Origin: Octopus sinensis
Taxonomy: Eukaryota
Reading direction: 5' to 3'
Assembly (NCBI RefSeq): GCF_006345805.1
Contig: NC_042997.1
Span: 14,880,001 to 14,944,000, forward strand
DNA length: 64,000 bases
Every line of letters starts with the position of its first letter. Position 1 is the first letter of the stretch. This document shows positions 14,356 to 24,740 of this stretch, piece after piece. The position numbers were made by a program, and so were the translations under genes. Under the pieces are notes generated by a model. That model was not told the origin of the DNA and searched no databases. It worked only from the letters and a program-made list of their open reading frames with translations.

Positions 14356-14568
14356 ATATGTTTTGTATGTCTGTGTCCCCCCCCCCCCAACATCGCTTGA
14401 CCACCGATGTTGGTGTGTTTAGGTCCCTGTAACTTAGCGGTTCGGCAAAAGAGACCGATAGAATAAGTACTAGGCTTACAAAGAATAAGTCCTGGGGTCG
14501 ATTTTCTCGACTAAAAGGCGGTGCTCCAGCATGGCCACAGTCAAATGACTGAAACAAGTAAAAGAGAA
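14134..14568 (+). mobile_element. tRNA-derived SINE family D with internal (TA)/(TG) microsatellite (representative copy)
   Basis: Head ggagtggctgtgtggtaag...gggttcagtccc, CORE-like caccttgggcaagtgtctt, microsatellite, then a tail ending gactgaaacaagtaaaagag. Other copies near 1170(+), 4075(-), 13497(-), 31195(+), 46235(-), 47320(+), 50170(-), 50770(-), 52540(-), 59785(-), 60385(-), 62310(-). Confidence 0.88.
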
Positions 14569-14644
14569 AACCCCATGAGATTAAGAAGTTTAAAATGTTT
14601 TGTTTGCCACCACGCACAGCAGTTTTCATATCTACAAAATTGAT

Positions 14645-14900
14645 CAAGTGGTTCACAGGTCTGTGCGTATATCCAAGATCCTGAATATTGTGGTATGCTT
14701 CTCAATCATCACTGCGAATGAATGATTCTTGTTGAAGAGTGATAGCATTCCCTTATCTCACTAATTTCCATGCAGCCAATTGGAGGACTCCTGCTCGCAT
14801 CGATGAGACCGAAAACCCAGTTAATACAGTATGGTTACGTCCAGGATCACGTTTCGGTTTATGAGAGAAGCAAGATTCATAAAATTCTCGATTCCAGTCT
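14645..14900 (-). pseudogene. Decayed Merlin/IS1595-type transposase
   Basis: Reverse frames: FYESCFSHKPKRDPGR, NWVFGLID, SDD*EAYHNIQDLGYTHRPVNH. Confidence 0.72.
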
Positions 14901-15663
14901 TGTCAAGCTTGGCTGGATTTGCCTCGGACAGCCTTCCTTAAAAAAAATTTTTTTTTAAGCTGTAGCAATCAATCATCGTTTTCTCACGGATTCACCTGAC
15001 GTTATGCTTCTCTAACACGCTCACCCCAAATATACGTAGCATTAACCTACTTCTCAAGTAAAACATTAGAATGGACACAAAAGACCCTATTCTTATAGAA
15101 TTGGTGAGTTTATACTTCAGGTAGACTTTTGTTTATTTTTGCGCAGAAATAAAAAAGACAATCTGGAATGTTTTGCTTAATTCATGTAATTGTAACAAGT
15201 ATCACACTCGCTGCACGTCTTAAAAGTTTTTGTTGTAGTCACTGAATAACTTTACAGGTACCATCACACAACAGTGGTAGGAAGGTACTTGCGTGACATG
15301 GTTGACTGGTTATTATGAATAAAGATTTCTGAACCGACTTAGTTAAATATATCATGTTCTGACACATGTCTGACCCCACCTGAAAAATTATAACCCTAGG
15401 TGTTGCCACCTGAAGAATCATTTCAGGACATCCCATCTGTAAAATCGTTACATACATAAAGGTGCTCAAGCAAGAGACCATCAGATATTTATGGAGCCTC
15501 TTTAACTGTTCAAGGTCTGGACCGATGTACCATAGCTGAAAGCATCTCCTTTAGACCTTGCCTGTGACTAAACAATAACAACTACACTTATTTAAAGATC
15601 CTTGCAATAGCTTTGAACTCATTTCCTTCTTCCATGGTTAAATAATGGTTTTATTACATTGGC

Positions 15664-15877
15664 GGCGAGCTGGCAGAAACGTTAGCACGCCGGGCGAAAT
15701 GCTTTGCGGTATTTCGTCTGCCGCTACGTTCTGAGTTCAAATTCCGCCGTGGTCGACTTTGCCTTTCATCCTTTCGGGGTCGATTAAATAAGTACCAGAT
15801 ACGCAGTGGGGTCGATATAATCGACTTAATCCGTTTGTCCTCTCTGTGTTTAGCCCCTTGTGGGTAGTAAAGAAATA
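15664..15877 (+). mobile_element. tRNA-derived SINE family C (representative copy)
   Basis: Head ggcgagctggcagaaacgttagc...gagttcaaattcc, core gtcgactttgcctttcatcctttcggggtcgat. 17-bp TSD ggttttattacattggc (15647-15663, 15878-15894). About 25 full or partial copies, e.g. near 2238, 10860, 12083, 15925(-), 20820, 21671, 22220, 22655, 28135(-), 29612, 32682, 33706, 34838, 38972, 43858, 47050, 49925, 57585. Confidence 0.9.
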
Positions 15878-16479
15878 GGTTTTATTACATTGGCATTGGC
15901 GGGGAAAATGTAACCCTAATTGAATACTAGTAAATATTGGTTTCAAATTTTGGCACCAGTTCAGCAATTTCGGGGGAAAGAGTAAGTCGATGTAATCGAC
16001 TCCAGTGTTCAACTGGTACTTACTTTATCAACCCCAAAATGATGAAAGGCTAAGTCAATCTCAGCGGCATTTGAACTCAGAATGTAAAGTCGGACGAAAT
16101 GCCGCTAAGCATTTTGCCCAGAGTAGACAGATAGATAGATTTCTGCCGATTAAAGGATAAATATATATGTAATAAAGTACGTTTGGATTTGCTGTTTCAC
16201 ACGAAACTCGATCCCCCTCAGTAACTTTCGGTGTTTTCAGCTTCAAAATATAATATATTTATCACAATTTCCTGTTTGAATTTCCCATGTTTTAGGAAGG
16301 TGAAGCTTAGGATTATTTTTCTTTAATATCATTCGTTTAATTTGCCAATCCAATTCGATTATTCAGCTGTATCTCGCTCACAGTGACCCGTCTCCCGTTA
16401 TAGATATTTATATTAAGCAAATATTAACACCAGTTTGTCGTTCGTTATGCTCTAGTGAATGCAGATGACTAGCTTCCGA

Positions 16480-17028
16480 AAATGACTTTAAAAAAGGGGT
16501 TATAATATAATGAGGCGGGGGGGGGGAAATTTATATTAATCGTTATATACTAAATTATTCCTCCCTCGTCTCTTGTTCTCTCTCTCTCTCTCTCTCTCTC
16601 TCTTTCGCTCGGGATATTTATCTACTGCTAAACAGTTTTTGAAAGCAACTTACTGTGGCAACAACGCTACTTCAGCATTAACAAACACCGATAAATCGGC
16701 TAAGACATAGCATTTTCTTCGTTTATTTAGTAATTCGTTGACACTCATTTGCTTTTCAATTTCTAAAATTATCGTATCACTAGACGAAAACATTGTGCGC
16801 ACTTTGTGAGGTGGTGGTAAACAGGACAAAAATCTGCTGCTGCCCGACTAATAACAAACAATGCAGTGAGCCGTCACATTTTGGTGAAACCGTATTCACT
16901 TTGGATTATATCCAAAGATTTTTTAGCAAACCAATAACTTTCGAATGTTACCACCACTGCTGAATAACAATATCTTACAGTAATTGTCATCTCTAATAGT
17001 TCATCAATTTAGTAAATGATTCCAAAAG
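16480..17028. promoter_or_regulatory. Probable (possibly bidirectional) promoter / 5' UTR region
   Basis: Repeat-free, relatively CpG-rich stretch directly upstream of the F-box ATG, with a (CT)n tract at about 16570-16603. Confidence 0.5.
16654..16793 (-). CDS. Candidate first coding exon of an unidentified divergent gene
   Basis: ATG-started 46-codon open frame (MFSSSDTIILEIEKQMSVNELLNKRRKCYVLADLSVFVNAEVALLP) ending exactly at a consensus GTAAGT donor. No downstream exon found. Confidence 0.3.
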
Positions 17029-17176
17029 ATGTTGATTACAGATTTCCCGCATGAGGTACTTATGTACCTATTCAGGTTTCTTTCCGGCCCACAATTGGCT
17101 CCTTTACGGCTTGTCAACAAAAAAATGTTGGATGTTGTATCTCAAGACGCAGTATGGATGGACAAATGTAATCGAG
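17029..17176 (+). CDS. FBXO31: FBXO31-like F-box protein, coding exon 1 (F-box)
   Basis: Translates to MLITDFPHEVLMYLFRFLSGPQLAPLRLVNKKMLDVVSQDAVWMDKCNR, an F-box motif alignable by eye to human LLELPPELLVEIFASLPG...IWRRRCREE. In-frame TGA at 17017-17019 upstream; phase-1 donor G|gtaatt. Confidence 0.88.
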
Positions 17177-18243
17177 GTAATTTTTTTTTCTTTTTTTTTT
17201 AAATTCCATTACACCAAAGTGTTTATAATTTCATATTTGTCAAAAATGTTTATTTCAGTATACTATACATTTTTTTAATGTAACCACTTGTTTATATATA
17301 CGAAGATGATATTTTTCCAGCATTTCTTTCATATATATATATATATATATAAACAGTCCCCATGACATGTTGCTTACTATGTGGAATTTAGTTAATTTTA
17401 GAACTTTAAATAAGTTTTCCACTTTGCCATTGAGAAACAGTAACCTTTCCGTTCGCTATCGGTTGGCATTGTTTACTGTCAGGTCAACGCCTGACCGAGC
17501 AGAATTATATGATCAAATACCTGCTAGTCGTGAATCCTCCTGTCCTTTTGTATATCTATGTCTACATTGTTTTGTGTATCGATCGCTCTTTTAAGAGGCT
17601 AACGTGTGAGTTGAGGAATATTTGGGTTTTATTTCTAGCAGATTGGTCGTCCGTGACAATATCTCAAGAATTTCACTATAAAATAAAACGTATCAAGCGA
17701 AACTTAAATCATTAATTTCGATATAAACGCAAAAAAAGTTGCGAAGTATCGTTTCTTGTATTTTTGTTTTTCCTTTAAACTTTTTTAACGAATCGATTCG
17801 ATTTAATGTGTAAAGTATTAACAAACTAGGATAAATGTTCTGATAGGGAAACAATTTAATTAAATAAATAGATAAAATAAACAACGAGACAAAAAGGAAT
17901 ATTTGTTATTGTTGAAATAAAACGAATTAAGATCAACCACTACACTGCTGCTGGTTAAGTAGTCTGGATAGCACGAGTACTAATTATGACTATTAAAGAG
18001 TTGCAAAGCTTTTGTATCGTATATTCTGTAACTACAATATACTATAATTGCAATATATATTGTAATTAGTGTATTTATAAACAACAATTACACATTTAAT
18101 TGTAGTCTCTTATATTTAGCAAAATATCAAAGCGCACCCATGCTTCTCAATCAACAAGTAGAATTGGGGACCCAAGTCAGCAAAGAAGACCCTGCGAGAT
18201 CGCTAGAAATAACAGCTAAATTTCCTGGCAACTAATGTTATTT

Positions 18244-18328
18244 GGCGGACGTAAAGAATACGCACACCACCCGTTTTCGGCGTAACCCTAACCCTAAACA
18301 CCGGGTGTGCGTATTCTTTACCTTCGCC
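18244..18328. mobile_element. 85-bp MITE with internal (TAACCC)2
   Basis: 25-bp TIR with 2 mismatches (ggcggacgtaaagaatacgcacacc). Flanking duplication atgttatt at 18235-18242 and 18329-18336. Confidence 0.75.
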
Positions 18329-18499
18329 ATGTTATTCTAGATACACTGTATTTGTAAAAAAAAAAATTAAAAAAGATGGGTTTATCAAGGCTGGGACTTC
18401 TTCGATCCTAGGGTCAGGTTAGTTTCCATCAGGACTGGGGTTAAACGGCATTCTTTCGTCACGTACTTCAAAGGACAACTTTGTCGACAGTACCTTAGA

Positions 18500-19030
18500 T
18501 AACTTAGATATGTTTCGACCAAAGATTGGTCCAGGCCATGTCTAACTTAATAGCACCACCTGATAGGATTATTCGAATCCTGTTTAAGTTAAGTTTTGTT
18601 CAAGTAGTGAGTTCTTGTTGGGTGAGTTGTATCAAGTTTTGTTCAAGTATTGAGTTCTTTTTGGGTGAGTTGTATCAAGTTTTGTTCAAGTAGTGAGTTC
18701 TTGTCGGGTGAGTCGTATCCAATTATGGGTGGCTTATCTGGTATTCTTTGAAGGAATCTATCCAGACTCCGTTTAAAGTTGATGGGATCCTTTTCCTCTT
18801 TGATCTCCCTCGGGACAATGTTAAATAGGGCAGGGCCTGTTGAGGAAAAGAAATTGCGTTGCAGTGTACATGTATGTTGTGATCTTGAATTGGGCAGGGG
18901 ACGTAATAAAGGAATGCCAGTTAAATGCTTAACGTCCTTGCTTTTTTTTTTTTTTTTTTCGAAAACAAAACACTTATATCTAAGTAACGATGAGTTCCTT
19001 TTCGAAAGGTGCAATACTAATATGGTCGGA
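18500..19030 (-). mobile_element. LINE 3' end (CR1/L2 group) with an internal 43-bp tandem triplication
   Basis: Peptide TGPALFNIVPREIKEEKDPINFKRSLDRFLQRIPDKP. The unit tcaagttttgttcaagtagtgagttcttgttgggtgagttgta occurs about 3 times at about 18590-18718. Confidence 0.7.
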
Positions 19031-21179
19031 AAGCAATTAGTTGATATTGTTTATCCCCTGGTAGTCCTGATCTAGTAGAACTAGAGGACGAGGAACATAG
19101 GTACTACGTACCCTGTGGAGGATCACATTTAGTTAATACTTCCTTTTAAACAATACAGAATAGACCTACTCTTCCCTGCATATCCCTAAATCATCTCTTA
19201 ATATGAGAATAAATCTGTAGTACGTGATACAAGTTCAACATGAAACGGTCAGAAAATTTCGTTGTCTTAAAAATTCCATCAGAGCAATCACGAAACGCAT
19301 GAAACCGGTGCTAAATATCTCTGTTCGCCTTGTAAGAGGTTCCTATACACATTGGTACAGATGGACGTAACACTATCTGCTATGTTTAATTGGGCAGATT
19401 CAGTTCCTTCGTTATGACATTTACCTACTTTTAATTAAACTTTAGGATCATCAGTTTTACTTTCCAAAATGCATTTTGAACACGTTTAAAGGTGATTACT
19501 TTAAAAGCGATAAAGCTGTTGCACTAGAAATGGAACGTGCAAGAAATGCTAGATGGAAACGAAATATAGCATTTTTTTAAAATTATTTTATTTAATTATT
19601 GGTAACAAACCTCTACACTGTCGCTCTTGCTAGAAATAACAGTCAAATTTCTTCTAATCACACTAAATCATCTTCAAAATGGAATGATCACGGTTGACAT
19701 GCCTTTGATCGTGAGAATTTGTTCAATCAGGACTAATGTGGGGTTAAACAGTAACAACTAGATTATATTTGCCAAAGAAAAGGGACTTTGAATAATTCCA
19801 ATCTCTTTCGGGTGGGGAATGGTCCGCACCAACAGAGCTGTAGCAACCCTCATGCAACAGGTGACGTTTTAATCATTCACAAGATTTGTTAGACCACTGA
19901 AAAGGCTACTATTCTATCAGCCATTTTGACTATATAAACTCGAACTTTCCTTTTGTGTTGCCTCGATAGGACGGTAACAAAAAGACCATAGTGAAAGTTG
20001 AGTCATGGAGCAAATTGGTTCTTTTTCAGCTGGTCATGTGTTAAACAAAACTATTTATTGCCTCTCTGGCATTTTAATTTTTTACAGAGCACCAAACACT
20101 CAGCTGAGGGTTTTGTGTTTAATACCCCCAACATTAGGGCTCTTTTGTGTCCAAGGAGAAGACGTCTAGCTTGAAATGAGTTGTTGGTTTTTGTTAAACC
20201 CAACTCAGCCATGATCGAGCAGAGCTATGGTGAAAGATATTCCATCTGTGACCATCCCATCTTTTTTCATATTCACATCTAACGTGTTCTTCCTTTCAGA
20301 CACTGGGATATAATTTGAGAGAATCTAACTGTTATTTCTAGCAATTTGAATGATATCGTGGAGGTTTCCTCTTAGTGGATGCTTCAAAGTAGTAAGCCGC
20401 GGCAGGAATCCAAAACTAAAGCTACCAGCATCCTGTCCAAAGATTTAACTCGCATTCACTTAACATTACAGAAACTTGAATATGACGCTGCTATTTAGTA
20501 TTGGATAGTTTGCCTTAGAAGCAGAGGACATTGTTTCTATTCAGCTCAATACTCACTCACTCACCAGCCGCTCAAGGCTGTGGTACATCGACACTTACAG
20601 TCTACATCTTTAGTCTGGAACCCTCTTCCTGATCACAATATTGATCTACTGGAAGCTGTTATGAGACGTGCAACCTGACAAATACCTTCTGTTTGTCACT
20701 TATCATGAACGTATTGCTTCTCTGAGCATCGACACACCAAAGTTTAGACGTCTAGCAGCTAACTTGGTAGAAGTTCACATGATTATCTCCCGTATTTTCA
20801 ACAAAAACTTTGACCACATTTTTCGCCGAGGTCGACTTTGCCTTTCATCCTTTCGGGCTCGATTAAATAAGTACCAGTACGCACTGGGTCGATGTAATCG
20901 ACATAATCCCTTTGTCTGTCCTTGTTTGTCCCCCCTGTGGTCAATAAAGAAATAAATATCTCTATCACTTGTAGACACGCTTATAAATTCGAAAAACAGT
21001 GCAGCACCCATGACTTTCTCGCGGAATCAATTTCTCACGCTCAGAATTGTCGAAGTGTAGAATAAACTACTGCTGTCAGGACACTCGATACTTCAAAAAT
21101 TCCATGCTTCCCGAATTATGCCAACGCTACTCCTGTTGTGCCTATGCACCCTTTCCTCTTCATGACCCACTTTTTTTTG

Positions 21180-21480
21180 TATTCGGTGTACTATGCATCG
21201 ACGAGATATATCGCTGAACTTGATACCCATCCACTCCATGACGTTGTCACTGAGCGCCGCTTGCGATTCGCAGGCCATGTCCTCCGATTACCATCGTCGG
21301 CATGCAAAAATCGCCATTCTGTGGAAGCCACCGCATAGCAAGAGAAAACAAGGGCGACCAAAAGCAGCTCTGCGCCGCAACTTCATCGATGACTTCAAAG
21401 CCATTGACATTTCATGGGATGAAGCTGATATCGTCACGTTGGAGAAGCCTTGCAATGCACCACATGGTGCAGAATGACCT
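21180..21480 (+). mobile_element. RTE-clade LINE 3' coding fragment
   Basis: RRLRFAGHVLRLP...LWKPPHSKRKQGRPK. Confidence 0.75.
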
Positions 21481-23099
21481 AAGGCTAAGACTATGGGTGT
21501 ACTTCAAGCTTTCATGGCTGTCTTTCTTTACTGACTTATATGCCTGGTTCCAGTTCCCTCGTTTAAATTTTTCCGATGAAATGTACTGCACTTGAGCACT
21601 ATATACAATAAGCTCATTAATGTAGCGGGCCGGCAGAATTGTTCCAGCGTCGGACAAACTGCCTGGCGGTATGGCGAGCTGGCAGAACCGTTAGCACGTC
21701 GGGCGAAATGCTTAGCTGTATTTCGGCTGCCGTTACGTTGTGAGTTCAAATTCCGCCGAGGTCGACTTTGCCTTTCATCCTTTTGGAGTCGATAAATTAA
21801 GTACCAGTTACGCACTGGGGTCGATGTAATCGACTTAATACCTATGTCTGTCCATGTTTGTCCCCTCTATGTTTAGCCCCTTATGGGTAATAAAGAAATA
21901 GGTATTTCTTCTGACTCATTACTTTCGGAGTTCAAATTCCGTTGAGGTCGACCTTGCTTTTCATCCTCCGGGGTAGATAAAATAAGTACCAGTCAAAAAC
22001 TAGGGTCGATGTAATCGACTAGCTCCCATCTACCCACCCTAGACTTCAGGCCTTGTACCTGTGGTAGAAAGGGCAACGTTTCGGTATTAGTACATGTAGT
22101 CAGTCATGAGTGTGTTTGACTGTTCAGCTCGGTCGAGTAAATGAAACACAATGAAACACTCAGTCACAGGCTTTTACCGAAAGATTGCCGAAAGGGTTAT
22201 TATTACTATTATTAATAAGACAGCGAGCAGGCAGACCCATTAGCACGCCGTTCAAAATGCTTAGCGTTCTGGGTTCAAATTCTGCCGAGGTCGACTTTGC
22301 CTTTTATCCTTTCGGGATTGGTAAAATAAGTACCTGTTGAGCACTGGGATCGATGTAATCGACTTAACCCCTTCCCCGAAATTGCTGGTCTTGTGCCAAA
22401 ATTTGAAACCATTATCATTATGTGTCCTAAATTTGATATTTCCTTTCAAATAATGCCTCTCAACTTTACGTTATACTCTCACCTAATTAATGCAGTTGAA
22501 TATTTAATTGGTATTTAATCCAGATATATTGCATTTTGACTGATAGAATTGAACTTTCTCCGAAGGAATATATGTATAGGCATAGTTGCATAGTGAAAAG
22601 GTTCACTTCGCAACCGCGTGGTTCCGGGTTCTATCGCTCTGCATGTGTGTATTCTGCCTGGCAGAAACGTTAGCACGCCGGGCGAAATGCGTTGCCGTAT
22701 TTCGTCTGCCGTTACGTTCCGAGTTCAAATTCCGCCGAGGTCGACTTTGCCTTTCATCCTTCCGGGGTCGATAAATTAAGTACCAGTTACGCACTGGGTC
22801 GATGTAATCGACTTAATCCCTTTGTCTGTCCTTGTTTGTCTCCTCTGTGTTTAGCCCCTTGTGGATAGTAAAGAAATATATATATTCTTATTTATCTATA
22901 CAAACAACCATATGAGACAGTCACTAGGTGGTCCCTCAACCTGTCTGAAATAGTAGTCAAATAACACCCATCTTGTACAAGGTCAAGATAGATTACCGAT
23001 ACTGTAGTCTTACATACCCGTAAAACGGTACGATCCTGGTTGGAAAGCCTCAGTTCATAGGTCTGCTCGATCAAGCTCGTCATTGTATTGTTAGACCAC

Positions 23100-23335
23100 A
23101 ACTTACTCATCATCATCATCATTGTTCGACCGTGGTCGAGACAATGGAATTTACCATGCTACGCCAGACTTCACGGTCCATCATGGCATTACGGAGGTCC
23201 TGTTGCTTGATGCCTGTATCCCTGGAGATTACATCAGGGTAGGAGAGTGTGCGCCCTCTGGTATTGCGAGTAGATGGCTTCCAGAGGAGAAGAGTAGAAA
23301 TTACCTCTTTTTTAGCTCTACAACTTACTACTCCG
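23100..23335 (-). mobile_element. RTE-clade LINE 3' end
   Basis: Reverse frame LLLWKPSTRNTRGRTLSYPDVISRDTGI...AMMDREVWRSMV, followed by a (GAT)n tail. Confidence 0.75.
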
Positions 23336-23723
23336 AGCCAACGAAGGAAACTGTGGCCTTGTGTGTACTGCAGAAATAGTAGCCTACCCTACCCCCACCC
23401 CACCCCACCACCATCACCGAGCGCGCACGCGAAAGAATATAGAATGCTGTTCTAGGTATACAATAAAACGGGATGATCATGGTGGGGACACTTTTGATCA
23501 TGCTGCTCGATTATTGTTTACCCGGGGTTAAAAAAACAAAAACTAACCTATACTGCGTGAAGTGGGAACCTAAAACGTTTGCATTTTGCATAAAACACAT
23601 TCGTAAGCTTTAAACTACACGGGAAGTAATTTTAATATCAATGATATAACAGATTCGATTGCACATATTATTTCAACAATAGTTTTACTTTTCTCAGTAA
23701 ATTAAATGTATTTTAATATAAAA

Positions 23724-24125
23724 CTAGCAGTATCGCCCGGCGTTGCTCGGGTTTGTAAGGGAAATAACTATATAAGCATTTTTAGAGAGTTATAGCCAAA
23801 AGATAGCAAAAAGATGCATTAAAAATGGAAAAAAAAATGATGGTAAATTTTTTTTTAAATCGTTGACTCATCGTAGACATTTTTAGAGAGTTACTTCCCT
23901 TATATAATAGCGAAAAAATGCATTAAAATGGAAAAAAAGGATGGTAATTTTTTTTTTAAATCGTAGACTCATCGTAGACGCGCGCTAATACCCAGAAGGG
24001 CTCGATATGAATCATGACTATAAGATACCCGGTTTTGGTTAAACTGCACCGCAAAATGTGGGAGTAGTTAGGAATCTAAATCGTAGGAGACAGACACACA
24101 ACTTCTCTTTTATATATAAAGAAGA
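23724..24125 (-). mobile_element. Non-autonomous Helitron family 1
   Basis: 5' TC, 3' hairpin gcaacgccgggcgatactgc followed by CTAG, inserted at A|T. Confidence 0.88.
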
Positions 24126-24740
24126 TAACCGTTCTATTCACCTGCAACGACATGGCATTTAATTGGGGTTTTTTTTGTTATTTTTGTGCAATTAACCATC
24201 ATGAAGCAATGTAATCAAGGGAGACAAGTAGAATTTTACTCCACGTCCCGTGAAACGCCAAACTAAGAGAATGTAAATAACGGGATTTTACAACCCCTTT
24301 TTGAAAGATCCCTTCGATGATGTCTCACATTTGGTTTATGATTCAAAATTATGTATTCTTAATCTTCTGATACCATTGGATTTCACATGAATTTTGTGGG
24401 GAAAGCGATAAATTCGATCATTTAAGAGTCTACAGAATTCTTCCTTCCTAGTTCTCTATTAATCTGTGGTTTTCCACAACTTTACTCAACGTTGCGGAAT
24501 ACGATGTTCCATAACAGTGAGATGATGCTACCAATCTATATAAGGTCCTTTTCACCCGTCCGTTTAAATAAGGAATTTCATGTTAAAGACCAAAGTAATA
24601 AAAAAGATCTTAACTATTCCGTTTTTTAATGGTATATTGGACAACATTATCTTAATATGTTTATTCCCTTTTAGGGAGGATCTTTTCCTTTTGAAAGCCA
24701 ATCCAGGGAGGATCAGATATTAGGGATTTGTCTGATTTTT

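Noticed and set aside
18283-18296. Interstitial telomere
   Set aside because: Only two units, and they lie inside a TIR/TSD-bounded MITE.
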